A stretch of 64,000 bases of DNA from Peptoclostridium sp. (GTDB lineage: Bacteria; Bacillota; Clostridia; Peptostreptococcales; Peptostreptococcaceae), in the NCBI RefSeq assembly GCF_009881055.1, contig NZ_WXFG01000032.1, forward strand, positions 45,739-109,738, in the 5' to 3' direction. The position numbers and the translations under genes were made by a program. A model generated the notes under the pieces. That model had not been told where the DNA came from and made no database searches. It saw only the letters and a program-made list of their open reading frames with translations. Positions 30,281-40,046 of the stretch are shown here, in pieces; within the stretch, counting starts at the first letter, position 1; every line of letters begins with the position of its first letter.

Positions 30281-31480
30281 ATGCTCAGCGGTAAAAATGT
30301 GGTTTTAGGGGTATGCGGAGGAATTGCAGCTTACAAGGCATGTGATATTGTAAGCAGGCTCAAAAAGCTGGGCGCCAATGTCGATGTTATAATGACCGAT
30401 TCGGCTTCAAAATTTGTAACACCTCTTACATTCCAGACACTCAGCCAGAATCCTGTAGTGCAGGATATGTTCGAAGAGGTGAGCGCCTGGGATGTAAGGC
30501 ATATATCGCTTGCCAAGAAAGCGGATGTTTTCCTGATAGCCCCTGCAACAGCAAATATAATCGGCAAGATGGCAAATGGCATAGCTGACGACATGCTGTC
30601 GACGACAGTTATGGCTACAAAGGCCAAGATTTTAATAGCACCTGCCATGAACAGCGCCATGTATGAGAATCCCGTGCTCCAAAGGAATATCGAGACGTTA
30701 AAGGGGCTAGGCTGCGCATTTGTGGAGCCGGAAAGCGGAATGCTGGCGTGCGGAGACATAGGCAAAGGCAAGCTTGCACAGCCTGAGGATATTGTAGAAA
30801 TAGTACAGCAGCAGCTTCTGCATACAGGCGAGCTATCAGGCAAGACTGTGCTTGTTACAGCTGGACCAACCAGAGAGGCCATAGACCCTGTAAGATATAT
30901 AACAAACCACTCTACAGGTAAAATGGGATACGCCATTGCAAAGGCTGCAATGAGAAAGGGAGCAAATGTTATATTGGTGTCGGGCAAGACAAATGTGAAG
31001 CCGCCACTGGGACTTGAAAAATTCGTATCTGTCGAATCCACAATTGACATGTATAACGCTGTAGTTGAGAATCTCGACGGGTGTGATATAATAATAAAAT
31101 CGGCGGCAGTTGCTGACTACAGGCCCAAAACCAGATCTGACAAGAAAATCAAAAAGACAGAAGGAGATCTTGTTCTTGAATTGGAAAGAAACCCAGATAT
31201 ACTCCTTGAAATAGGCAAGATGAAAGGCGACAGGATTCTTGTGGGGTTTGCGGCGGAGACTGACGATATTATGGAGAATGCCGCCAAGAAGATTGAGAAA
31301 AAGAATCTAGACTTCATAGTGGCAAATGATATAACAGCAGAGGGAGCGGGTTTTGGCGTAGACACAAACATAGCCAAGCTTCTATATAGAGACGGCAAGG
31401 TCATCGAGCTTGAAAAGATGAGCAAGGACGAGCTGTCGGAAATAATACTTCAAAAAGTAGCTGAACTATCTGGCAAATAG
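30281..31480 (+). CDS. coaBC: Bifunctional phosphopantothenoylcysteine decarboxylase / phosphopantothenate-cysteine ligase
   Basis: 399 aa, with an N-terminal flavoprotein domain (GVCGGIAAYK) and a C-terminal DFP domain. Confidence 0.95.
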   Translation: MLSGKNVVLGVCGGIAAYKACDIVSRLKKLGANVDVIMTDSASKFVTPLTFQTLSQNPVVQDMFEEVSAWDVRHISLAKKADVFLIAPATANIIGKMANGIADDMLSTTVMATKAKILIAPAMNSAMYENPVLQRNIETLKGLGCAFVEPESGMLACGDIGKGKLAQPEDIVEIVQQQLLHTGELSGKTVLVTAGPTREAIDPVRYITNHSTGKMGYAIAKAAMRKGANVILVSGKTNVKPPLGLEKFVSVESTIDMYNAVVENLDGCDIIIKSAAVADYRPKTRSDKKIKKTEGDLVLELERNPDILLEIGKMKGDRILVGFAAETDDIMENAAKKIEKKNLDFIVANDITAEGAGFGVDTNIAKLLYRDGKVIELEKMSKDELSEIILQKVAELSGK

Positions 31481-31506
31481 GCATCTTGAATTAGATGCTT
31501 ATTTTT
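31481..31506 (+). terminator. Weak intrinsic terminator after coaBC
   Basis: GCATCT-TGAATT-AGATGC followed by TTATTTTT. Confidence 0.5.
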
Positions 31507-31528
31507 ATTCTCAAGAGGTGCTTACTGG

Positions 31529-33994
31529 ATGGGCAAATACGCGCAAATAGTCGTGGATAACAATTCATATTACACAGACAGACTTTTCACATATGAGTTT
31601 GACGAGAAGGCAAATCTTGAAGTGGGGCAAAGGGTGCTTGTGCCTTTTGGCAAGTCCAACAAGCCGGTGGAGGGTTTTGTATTCAGCATTGAGGACACAT
31701 TCAATTCGGAATTTGAAATAAAAAAGCTCGCGGGTATAATGGATGATGAAAACCCCATGTTTAGCCATTCACGTGTGGAGCTTGTAAAGTGGATGAAGGA
31801 GAATTACCTTTGCACATACATGGACTGCATAAGTCTTATGTATCCCAAGGGGATAAAATTTGAAAACTACAAAGTGGCAAAATATTCAGGTGGGCAACAT
31901 GGAGACAGAAATATTTCGGGAAGAATTGGGCAGGTTCTCAGCGAGCTTGAGAGGTCAAGAGGCGCTGTAAAGATAAGTGCGCTTGAAAAAAAACTCGGAT
32001 ACAGCGTCCAGGAACACCTGAAAGCGCTCGAGAGGGAAGGCCTTGTCGAGATATCATGGGAATATAAAAGCTCGGAAAATAAAAAGAGCATTGACTACAT
32101 TGCCCTTGCAGACTACGAAGACATAGATGCCGCAATAGACGAGCTCAAAAGGAAAAGGGCCTATAAGCAGGCACAGGTGCTTGAGTTCCTAAGCATGAAC
32201 GAAGAGGTGCAAAAGGGAGATCTCAAGGAACTTTTGGGAGCCTCGGAAGCCACCATAAAAGCTCTCATAAACAGCAAGCGTGCGGTGCTTGTCAAAAGGG
32301 AGTTTTACAGGGAGCCGTTTGAAGCCTCTCCGGCAGAGGAAGCCAAAACTGTTGAGCTAAACTATGAGCAGTCAGAGGCGTTGGAGTTTATCAGCGGCAG
32401 GCTGCAGGAAGGTTTCGTAAGGCCTATAGTACTGCACGGGGTGACGGGCAGCGGAAAGACCGAGGTATATATTTGCGCCATTGAAAAGGCGCTGGAAATG
32501 GGAAAGGGCTGTATTGTAATAGTTCCAGAAATAGCACTCACGCCCCAGACGGTATCCAGGTTCAACAGCAGGTTTCCCGGCAGAATAGCCGTATTGCACA
32601 GCAGGCTCTCAATGGGCGAAAAATACGACCAGTGGAGAAAGATAAAAAACAAAGAGGCCGACATAGTAATAGGTGCGCGGTCGGCCATATTTGCACCCGT
32701 GGAAGACCTGGGGCTTGTAGTCATAGACGAGTTCCATGAGGGTTCCTACAAATCCTCTATGACTCCAAAGTATAACGCCATAGATGTTGCAAAAAAGATA
32801 TGCGAGCTTGACAATGCAACGCTTGTCCTTGGTTCGGCAACTCCCCCGGTAAAAGACTACTATAGATGTAAAAAAGGGGAATATGATATAATAAGGTTGA
32901 GGGCAAGAGCCAACGATTCGGCACTTCCACGCGTCGAGGTCGTGGACATGAAAGCTGAGCTTCAGACGGGCAACAAGGGCATATTCAGCAGAAGGTTCAT
33001 GCAGCTGCTTGAAAAGACGATTGAAGACGGCAAGCAGGCAATAATACTTCTCAACAGAAGAGGCTATGCAAGCTGCATATCCTGCAGGGAATGCGGCTAC
33101 GTCTACAAGTGTAAAAGGTGCGATGTTTCCCTGACTTATCACAAAAAGGGAAATGTAGGCAGATGCCATTACTGTGGCTATGAAGAACGCATTCAAAGAA
33201 ACTGTCCGGAGTGCTCCGGCATTGAAATAGGACCTGTGGGGGCTGGCACACAAAGAATAGAGGATGAAATAAGGTTGGCTTTTCCGGGTGCCAACGTTGT
33301 CCGGGTTGATCGCGATACAACGGGCGCAAAAGGCTCATACGAGGAAATTTTTGAAAACTTCAAAACTGGCAAGTCAGATATAATGATAGGCACACAGATG
33401 ATAAGCAAGGGGCTTGACTTTCCGAATGTCACATTTGTCGGAGTTGTCAGCGCCGACATGATTCTTAATTTTCCTGACTACAAGAGTGCCGAGAAGACAT
33501 TCCAGCTCATAACGCAGGTGGCCGGGCGGGCAGGTAGAGATTCCTCCCCGGGAGTTGCAGTGCTTCAGGCATACGATCCGGAGCATTACGCCATAACGTT
33601 TGCAAGAGAGCATGATTACGAAGGTTTTTATGAGACGGAAATAAAGCTTAGAAGAGCGTTTAATTACGAGCCTTTCAGCAATATAGTTGAAATAGTCGTA
33701 TCCGGAAAAAATGAGCAGACAGTTGCAAATAATGCAAAAAAAATATATGATTCGATTATATATATAATGGCGAAAAGGGGCTACACTGACTGCAGTTTCA
33801 TGATGGGACCCAATCCCGGAATGGTCCAGTTTGTGAACCTCAACTACAGGTGGAACATCCTGCTCAAGGACACCTGCATTGAAATCTCAATACTAAAAAA
33901 GATAGTGGAGTTTGTCTGCATACGGAAAAGAAGTGACATACTAGACAGCGATGTTAACATAAGCATCGACATTAACCCTGAAAGCTTGATTTAA
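31529..33994 (+). CDS. priA: Primosomal replication restart helicase PriA
   Basis: GVTGSGKTE Walker A, a DEFH box, and a Cys-rich zinc insertion (CRECG..CKRCD..CHYCG..CPEC). Confidence 0.95.
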   Translation: MGKYAQIVVDNNSYYTDRLFTYEFDEKANLEVGQRVLVPFGKSNKPVEGFVFSIEDTFNSEFEIKKLAGIMDDENPMFSHSRVELVKWMKENYLCTYMDCISLMYPKGIKFENYKVAKYSGGQHGDRNISGRIGQVLSELERSRGAVKISALEKKLGYSVQEHLKALEREGLVEISWEYKSSENKKSIDYIALADYEDIDAAIDELKRKRAYKQAQVLEFLSMNEEVQKGDLKELLGASEATIKALINSKRAVLVKREFYREPFEASPAEEAKTVELNYEQSEALEFISGRLQEGFVRPIVLHGVTGSGKTEVYICAIEKALEMGKGCIVIVPEIALTPQTVSRFNSRFPGRIAVLHSRLSMGEKYDQWRKIKNKEADIVIGARSAIFAPVEDLGLVVIDEFHEGSYKSSMTPKYNAIDVAKKICELDNATLVLGSATPPVKDYYRCKKGEYDIIRLRARANDSALPRVEVVDMKAELQTGNKGIFSRRFMQLLEKTIEDGKQAIILLNRRGYASCISCRECGYVYKCKRCDVSLTYHKKGNVGRCHYCGYEERIQRNCPECSGIEIGPVGAGTQRIEDEIRLAFPGANVVRVDRDTTGAKGSYEEIFENFKTGKSDIMIGTQMISKGLDFPNVTFVGVVSADMILNFPDYKSAEKTFQLITQVAGRAGRDSSPGVAVLQAYDPEHYAITFAREHDYEGFYETEIKLRRAFNYEPFSNIVEIVVSGKNEQTVANNAKKIYDSIIYIMAKRGYTDCSFMMGPNPGMVQFVNLNYRWNILLKDTCIEISILKKIVEFVCIRKRSDILDSDVNISIDINPESLI

Positions 33995-34015
33995 TAAATA
34001 GGAGGAGTTTTTCAA

Positions 34016-34468
34016 ATGGCAGTTAGGATCATAAAGACGCAGGAAGATCCTGTTTTAAGAAAGAAATCAAGGGAAGTTGAAATAATCGACGAAAGAATAT
34101 TTCAGCTGCTTGATGATATGGCTGAGACAATGATAAAGGCTGACGGCGTGGGGCTTGCAGCTCCACAGGTTGGAGTCCTGAAAAGAGTAGTGACAATAGA
34201 TGTGGGTGAAGGCGTAATTGAAATGATTAACCCTCAGATACTCGAATACGACGGAGAGCAATTTGGAGACGAGGGCTGCCTTAGCGTTCCGGGGAAATTT
34301 GGAAAGGTAAGAAGGCCTAACAGCGTGAAGGTTAGCTTTTTAAACAGACAGGGAGACAAGGTTGAAATGGAGGGCACAGAACTGTTTGCAAGGGCAGTAT
34401 TCCATGAAGTAGACCATCTTGATGGCGTGCTTTTTATAGACAAGGTTGAAGGCGAACTTGAGGAGTAA
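34016..34468 (+). CDS. def: Peptide deformylase
   Basis: GVGLAAPQ, EGCLS and HEVDH motifs. Confidence 0.95.
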   Translation: MAVRIIKTQEDPVLRKKSREVEIIDERIFQLLDDMAETMIKADGVGLAAPQVGVLKRVVTIDVGEGVIEMINPQILEYDGEQFGDEGCLSVPGKFGKVRRPNSVKVSFLNRQGDKVEMEGTELFARAVFHEVDHLDGVLFIDKVEGELEE

Positions 34469-34498
34469 GCATATTTTGCAGCTTGGAGAGTGATGATA

Positions 34499-35434
34499 AT
34501 GAATGCAGTTTTCATGGGAACACCTGAATTTGCAGTTCCATGCCTTGAGGCAATGCTTGAGCAGGGACATGATATAAAAGCGGTTGTGACTCAGCCCGAC
34601 AGGCCAAAGGGCAGAGGCAAGCAATTGGCAATGCCTCCAGTAAAGCAAGCGGCCTTGAAAAACGGCATAGAGGTATTACAGCCGGAGAATGTAAAGAGTC
34701 CGGAGTTTGTAAAAAAGCTAAGGGATATTGCTCCTGATGTAATAGTTGTTGTGGCATTCGGACAGATATTGTCAAAGGAAATACTTGATATACCAAGACA
34801 CGGCTGCATAAATGTGCATGCATCGTTGCTTCCTAAATACAGAGGGGCAGCGCCAATAAACTGGGTTATAATCAACGGTGAAAAGCAGACTGGCATCACG
34901 ACCATGCTGATGGACGAGGGTCTGGACACCGGGGACATGCTCATCAAAGAGAGCATACAGATAGAAGAAAGTGAAACGGCCAACGAGCTCCATGACAGGC
35001 TTAGCAGTCTGGGAGCTGCGGTTCTTAGAACCACGCTGAGCAGGCTCGAGGATGGAACACTGACAAGAGAAAAACAAAATGACAGCGAATCCTCGTATGC
35101 ACCTATTATGAAGAAGACGCTCGGAGAAATCGACTGGGGCAAAAGCGCCAAGGACATATTCAATCTTGTGAGGGGAACTTCACCATGGCCTGGCGCATTC
35201 ACAACGCTAGACGGGATGACCATGAAGGTTATGAAAGCCAGATGCGAAGCTGAGGCAGATGATGAAGGCAGAGCCGGAGAAATACTGGAAGTTTCAAAGT
35301 CGGGCATAAGGGTAAAGGCCTCAGAAGGAGTTCTTGCAATAGAGGAAATTCAGATGCCGGGCAAAAAGAAGATGAGCATCGAAGAATATCTAAGAGGCAA
35401 CAGCATACAAAAGGGTGCAGTGCTAGGAGCTTGA
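34499..35434 (+). CDS. fmt: Methionyl-tRNA formyltransferase
   Basis: FMGTPEFAV and HASLLPKYRGAAPI motifs. The ATG at 34499 lies 8 nt after GGAGAG. Confidence 0.95.
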   Translation: MNAVFMGTPEFAVPCLEAMLEQGHDIKAVVTQPDRPKGRGKQLAMPPVKQAALKNGIEVLQPENVKSPEFVKKLRDIAPDVIVVVAFGQILSKEILDIPRHGCINVHASLLPKYRGAAPINWVIINGEKQTGITTMLMDEGLDTGDMLIKESIQIEESETANELHDRLSSLGAAVLRTTLSRLEDGTLTREKQNDSESSYAPIMKKTLGEIDWGKSAKDIFNLVRGTSPWPGAFTTLDGMTMKVMKARCEAEADDEGRAGEILEVSKSGIRVKASEGVLAIEEIQMPGKKKMSIEEYLRGNSIQKGAVLGA

Positions 35435-35435
35435 T

Positions 35436-36185
35436 ATGAGGCAGGAAAACAGATTCATTCTTTTAATTTTTATATTTGCAGCAATTGTAATGCTAACAGG
35501 GCTTGGAATAAATTTTGTAATGCTTGGGGGCAGTAAAAGCGCGGAACTTGCGCTTGCAATTGCTTTCAACAGTGTTGCAGCAGCCGTTTTGGCGCTTGCG
35601 CTTTACTGCGCATGGATAATCCACAGACTTTACAGCGGGGGAAAGTGCGGCAGGCTTTCGCTTAGTCTTACGCTAAAGTTGGCGGGAGCTCTTTTTCCGG
35701 TACTAATATACATGGCGCAAATTCTCAAGGTCGGAAGAGACGATGTGCGCCGGGTGCTTATCAGGCTCAACAACGAGTATGTATACTCGGGAAGCTACAA
35801 GCTGGAGGGCAGAGACATAATGCTGCTCACGCCGCACTGCATACAAAACAGCTCCTGTACAATAAAAATCACAGGGAATGTAGACAACTGCAAAAGGTGT
35901 GGACTCTGCAGGGTGGCAGAATTCCTGACACTCAAGGATAAATACGGTATTAATGTCTTTGTGGCTACGGGCGGCACCCTAGCCAGAAAGATAATCAAAG
36001 AAAACAGACCAAAGGCCATAATAGCTGTTGCGTGCGAGAGGGATCTCACAAGCGGCATACAGGAAGTTTCGGGCATACCTGTGCTTGGGGTGTATAATGA
36101 AAGGCCATGCGGCCCGTGCTTCAATACTAGTGTAAATATAAGTAAAATAGAGGAAGCTGTTCTGTTTTTTATGGGAGGGAACTAA
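35436..36185 (+). CDS. DUF116-like membrane protein with a Cys-rich cytoplasmic domain
   Basis: Three N-terminal TM segments, then HC-x6-C ... CKRCGLC ... CERD ... CGPC. Sits between fmt and rsmB, as I recall for Clostridia. Confidence 0.7.
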   Translation: MRQENRFILLIFIFAAIVMLTGLGINFVMLGGSKSAELALAIAFNSVAAAVLALALYCAWIIHRLYSGGKCGRLSLSLTLKLAGALFPVLIYMAQILKVGRDDVRRVLIRLNNEYVYSGSYKLEGRDIMLLTPHCIQNSSCTIKITGNVDNCKRCGLCRVAEFLTLKDKYGINVFVATGGTLARKIIKENRPKAIIAVACERDLTSGIQEVSGIPVLGVYNERPCGPCFNTSVNISKIEEAVLFFMGGN

Positions 36186-36187
36186 GA

Positions 36188-36868
36188 ATGTACTATGGAT
36201 TTGATCCGACATTCATATTGATGATACCTGCGATTATACTGACTTTATATGCGCAGATGAAGGTTAAGACAACTTTTGAAAAATATTTGAGGGTACAGTC
36301 AAAGAGAGGCTACACTGGTGCCCAGGTTGCTGAATATATGCTGCACAGCAATGGAATAGACAATGTAAGGATAGAAATGGTGCAGGGGCATCTGTCTGAC
36401 CACTACGATCCAAGGAGCAAGGTGCTTAGGCTTTCAAGGGACGTATATGCCGGAACATCTATTGCGTCTGTATCTGTAGCGGCGCACGAGGTGGGACACG
36501 CCATACAGCATGCTCACGGCTACGCTCCACTGCAGATAAGAAGTATGCTTGTGCCTGTGGCTAATCTGGGCTCGTCGCTCGCATGGATATTCATAATGGC
36601 AGGCTTTATTATAAGCCCTGCTTTTCTTGACATAGGCATATTGCTGTTCCTGGGGGCCGTACTGTTTCAGATTGTGACGCTTCCGGTTGAATTCAATGCA
36701 AGCTCAAGAGCCCTGGCAGGTCTTGAAAGCGGAAGCATAGTCTATCCGGATGAGATAAGATACAGCAAGAGGGTTCTTAATGCGGCGGCACTGACGTATG
36801 TGGCGGCGGCAGCGGCGGCAGTTATGCAGCTTATAAGGCTTTTAGTTTTGAGGAATCAAAGAGATTAA
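36188..36868 (+). CDS. Putative neutral zinc metallopeptidase (YugP-like)
   Basis: HEVGHAIQH zincin motif flanked by TM segments. Confidence 0.8.
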   Translation: MYYGFDPTFILMIPAIILTLYAQMKVKTTFEKYLRVQSKRGYTGAQVAEYMLHSNGIDNVRIEMVQGHLSDHYDPRSKVLRLSRDVYAGTSIASVSVAAHEVGHAIQHAHGYAPLQIRSMLVPVANLGSSLAWIFIMAGFIISPAFLDIGILLFLGAVLFQIVTLPVEFNASSRALAGLESGSIVYPDEIRYSKRVLNAAALTYVAAAAAAVMQLIRLLVLRNQRD

Positions 36869-36913
36869 TGTCCTAGCCCAGCTAGGGCTTATTTTTTGTT
36901 GGGAGGCCATGAT

Positions 36914-38245
36914 TTGGAAAACAGCAGGATGATAGCGTATAATGCGCTGTATGACATAGAAGTAAGGGGACAGTACTCAAACATAGCTCTTGGAAACAGC
37001 CTCAGAGACAGCGGACTTTCGGATTCAGACAGGGGGCTTGCCACTGAAATAGTATACGGAGTTATTGAAAACAGATATTTTCTGGAGTATGTTATAAAAC
37101 AGTTTTCAAGCATAAAGCTTGCAAAAATATCGCCAAGCGTCAAGCTCCTACTCAAGATGGGCATATACCAGATTTTAATGCTTGAAGGTGTTAAGGATTT
37201 TGCGGCAGTCAACGAGAGCGTAGAGCTGTGCAAACGGATATCGAAAAAATCAAGCGGATTTGTAAACGCCATACTCAGAAATGTGGTAAGAAGCAAGGGC
37301 TCCATAGAGCCGCCTTCAAAAGAAAATGGGGCTGTGGAATACTACAGCGTCAAATATTCGTATGAGCCCTGGCTGGTTGATAAATGGCTTAAAAAATACG
37401 GAGAGGATTTTCTTGAGGACTTGCTTGAAGCAAACGCCCAAAAACCGAAGCTGTATATAAGGACTAACACGCTAAAGACAAGCAGGGAAAATCTCATGGC
37501 AGAGCTCGCAAAAATGGGGATAGGGTGCGAAGCTTGCGATATAGTACCCGAGGCCATAAGAGTAAGCGGCATAAAGAACATAGAGCGAAATGAGCTTTTC
37601 AGGAAGGGCCAATTTTTCATACAGGACATAAGCTCAATGCTTATTGGGCATGTGGCATCGCCTGGCATTGGCATGAAGGTGCTCGATGTTTGCAGCGCTC
37701 CCGGAGGAAAAGCTACTCATATGGCCGCGCTCATGGAAAACACAGGAGAGGTCATTGCCAGGGACGTACACAGGCACAAGCTAAAGCTCATAAAAGACAA
37801 TGCCAAGAGGCTGGGCATCTCAAACTTAAAGGTGCAGCTAAAGGATGCCCTGCTTCTAGACGAGGAGAGCATAGAAGATTTCGATATAGTACTGACGGAT
37901 GTGCCGTGTTCTGGCTTTGGGATTATAAGGAGAAAGCCGGAGATAAAATACAAGCAGAGAAAAGATGTGGAGTGTCTTCCGGAGCTTCAAAGCTCCATAC
38001 TCGAGAACGCAGCGAGGTACGTAAAAAAGGGTGGACTACTCATATATAGTACCTGTACAATAGAAGATGAAGAAAACATTGAAATTGTAAGGGCCTTCAT
38101 GAAAAAAAGCGATGAGTTCAGGCTCGAGCCAATAGAAGGCATACATGTGGATGAAAAAAGCCAGAAGTCGGGATATATTCAGACTTATCCCAACGTGCAC
38201 GGAATGGACGGTTTTTTTATTGCAAAACTTAGAAAGGTCAGATAG
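36914..38245 (+). CDS. rsmB: 16S rRNA (cytosine967-C5)-methyltransferase RsmB
   Basis: NusB-like N-terminal domain, SAM motif DVCSAPGGK, and catalytic DVPCSG and YSTCT. The TTG at 36914 lies 7 nt after GGGAGG; the ATG at 36929 is an alternative. Confidence 0.9.
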   Translation: MENSRMIAYNALYDIEVRGQYSNIALGNSLRDSGLSDSDRGLATEIVYGVIENRYFLEYVIKQFSSIKLAKISPSVKLLLKMGIYQILMLEGVKDFAAVNESVELCKRISKKSSGFVNAILRNVVRSKGSIEPPSKENGAVEYYSVKYSYEPWLVDKWLKKYGEDFLEDLLEANAQKPKLYIRTNTLKTSRENLMAELAKMGIGCEACDIVPEAIRVSGIKNIERNELFRKGQFFIQDISSMLIGHVASPGIGMKVLDVCSAPGGKATHMAALMENTGEVIARDVHRHKLKLIKDNAKRLGISNLKVQLKDALLLDEESIEDFDIVLTDVPCSGFGIIRRKPEIKYKQRKDVECLPELQSSILENAARYVKKGGLLIYSTCTIEDEENIEIVRAFMKKSDEFRLEPIEGIHVDEKSQKSGYIQTYPNVHGMDGFFIAKLRKVR

Positions 38246-38246
38246 A

Positions 38247-39278
38247 ATGAATAAAATCGATATCAAATCCCTTACGGAAGAACAGCTCAGGAATGAAATG
38301 GCCCCAATCGGGGAAAAGGCGTTCAGAGGCACTCAGATATTCCAATGGATATATAAAGGGGCAAGAAGCTTCAAGGAAATGAAAAACATACCTGCGGAAC
38401 TGAGGGAAAAGCTTGAAGAAAAGTTTGTATTACGTGATTTGAAGATGGACAAGAAGCTTGTGTCAGCCATTGACGGCACAAGAAAATATCTCTTCATGCT
38501 TCATGACGGAAATGCGATTGAAAGCGTCATGATGCGTTACAAGCACGGTGTCTCAGTGTGTATTTCGACGCAGGCGGGCTGCAGAATGGGATGCAGCTTC
38601 TGCGCATCGACCATAGGCGGCCTGGAGAGGAACTTGACTGCAGGCGAGATGCTGGATCAGATAATGAAAATACAAGAGGATGCAGGCACAAGAGTCTCCA
38701 ATGTAGTGCTCATGGGGAGCGGCGAGCCATTTGATAATTTTGACGAGGTTATAAGCTTCCTCCATGTGGCTAATGAAAAAAACGGTCTGTGCATAGGGTA
38801 CAGGCACATAACGCTATCAACCTGCGGCATAGTCCCGAAGATATACGAAATTGCAGATATGGGAATGCCTATAAATCTTGCAATATCGCTTCATGCTGCT
38901 AATGACGAAAAACGAAGGACCATAATGCCAATAGCAAATGCCTATTCAATAGATGAAATAATAAAGGCCTGCAGGTATTTTGTTGATCAGACCAACAGAA
39001 GGATTACATTTGAATATTCGCTGATAAAGGGATTCAATGATTCAACGGCCGACGCCAGAGAGCTGGCTGGCCTTTTGAAGGGCATGCTGGCACATGTGAA
39101 TCTGATTCCTGTAAACAGCATAGAGGAACGGGACTACAAGAAGCCTTCAAAGGATGAGATTGAGGCTTTCATGAAAATTCTTACAAGAGCTGGGATAAGC
39201 TCTACAGTCAGAAGGGAAATGGGAAGCGATATTAACGGCGCCTGCGGGCAGCTAAGAAAGAGCAGCATATCGGGGTGA
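38247..39278 (+). CDS. rlmN: 23S rRNA / tRNA (adenine-C2)-methyltransferase RlmN
   Basis: Radical SAM CRMGCSFC motif, about 343 aa. The ATG lies 1 nt after the rsmB stop. Confidence 0.95.
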   Translation: MNKIDIKSLTEEQLRNEMAPIGEKAFRGTQIFQWIYKGARSFKEMKNIPAELREKLEEKFVLRDLKMDKKLVSAIDGTRKYLFMLHDGNAIESVMMRYKHGVSVCISTQAGCRMGCSFCASTIGGLERNLTAGEMLDQIMKIQEDAGTRVSNVVLMGSGEPFDNFDEVISFLHVANEKNGLCIGYRHITLSTCGIVPKIYEIADMGMPINLAISLHAANDEKRRTIMPIANAYSIDEIIKACRYFVDQTNRRITFEYSLIKGFNDSTADARELAGLLKGMLAHVNLIPVNSIEERDYKKPSKDEIEAFMKILTRAGISSTVRREMGSDINGACGQLRKSSISG

Positions 39279-39282
39279 TTAG

Positions 39283-40032
39283 ATGAGATATGAAGCATTA
39301 TCGGATATTGGCAATGTGCGGAAAGTGAACGAGGATTTTCTGGGGGCGGAGCTGCTAGATGTAAGCGGCAGACCCACAGGGATATTTGTAATCGCTGATG
39401 GCATGGGAGGCCACAACAAGGGTGAATTGGCCAGCAAAATAGCAGTTGAAAACACAATAAACTTGCTCAAGGAAAAAATCAAGCAAGGCTATAGTGATGA
39501 CAATCCGGCCTTTATAATTGAATCCATAATAAAATCGTATGAAGATTCCAACAGCAAAATAATAAAAATGGCAAGCAGCAATGAAGAATATAAAGGAATG
39601 GGCACAACTCTGACTACAGCGGTAATACTCCATAACAGGCTCTACATCGGTAATGTCGGGGACAGCAGATGCTACATTTTCAGAGGGAACAGGCTGGAAC
39701 GGCTGACAAACGATAATTCTCTTGTGCAGGAGCTTGTATTCAAGGGGCTGATAACTGAGGATGAGGCGAGAGTGCATCCTCAAAGGAATCTGATAACAAG
39801 GGCTGTAGGACTTGATGAGGTCTTAAAGGTTGACATATATGAAAAGGAAGTCGCTAAGGGCGATCAGATTCTGCTCACAACAGACGGGCTTACAAGCATG
39901 ATTTCAAGCGAGGACATACAAAGCGTGCTTACAAGCTCGGAAAGCATAACGAAAAATTGCACGGTACTTGTTGAAAAGGCCAAGACTAACGGGGGCAGCG
40001 ATAATATTTCAGTTATCAACATTTTAATTTAG
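39283..40032 (+). CDS. prpC: PP2C-family Ser/Thr phosphatase (Stp/PrpC)
   Basis: ADGMGGH, VGDSR and GGSDNIS motifs. Confidence 0.9.
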   Translation: MRYEALSDIGNVRKVNEDFLGAELLDVSGRPTGIFVIADGMGGHNKGELASKIAVENTINLLKEKIKQGYSDDNPAFIIESIIKSYEDSNSKIIKMASSNEEYKGMGTTLTTAVILHNRLYIGNVGDSRCYIFRGNRLERLTNDNSLVQELVFKGLITEDEARVHPQRNLITRAVGLDEVLKVDIYEKEVAKGDQILLTTDGLTSMISSEDIQSVLTSSESITKNCTVLVEKAKTNGGSDNISVINILI

Positions 40033-40046
40033 GAGTTGGTGGTATT

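Noticed and set aside
30331-31050. Long antisense ORFs inside coaBC (239 aa). Similar ORFs lie inside fmt (34591-35307), the DAK2 gene (45062-45817), yicC (28508-29080) and telA (10293-10817).
   Set aside because: They have the same shadow-ORF signature. Each is fully nested opposite a gene with clear family motifs, and none has translation signals.
37690-38049. A 119-aa Arg/Lys-rich alternative-frame ORF inside rsmB.
   Set aside because: It is nested in the same orientation within a gene carrying all the RsmB motifs. Its biased composition is a frame artefact.
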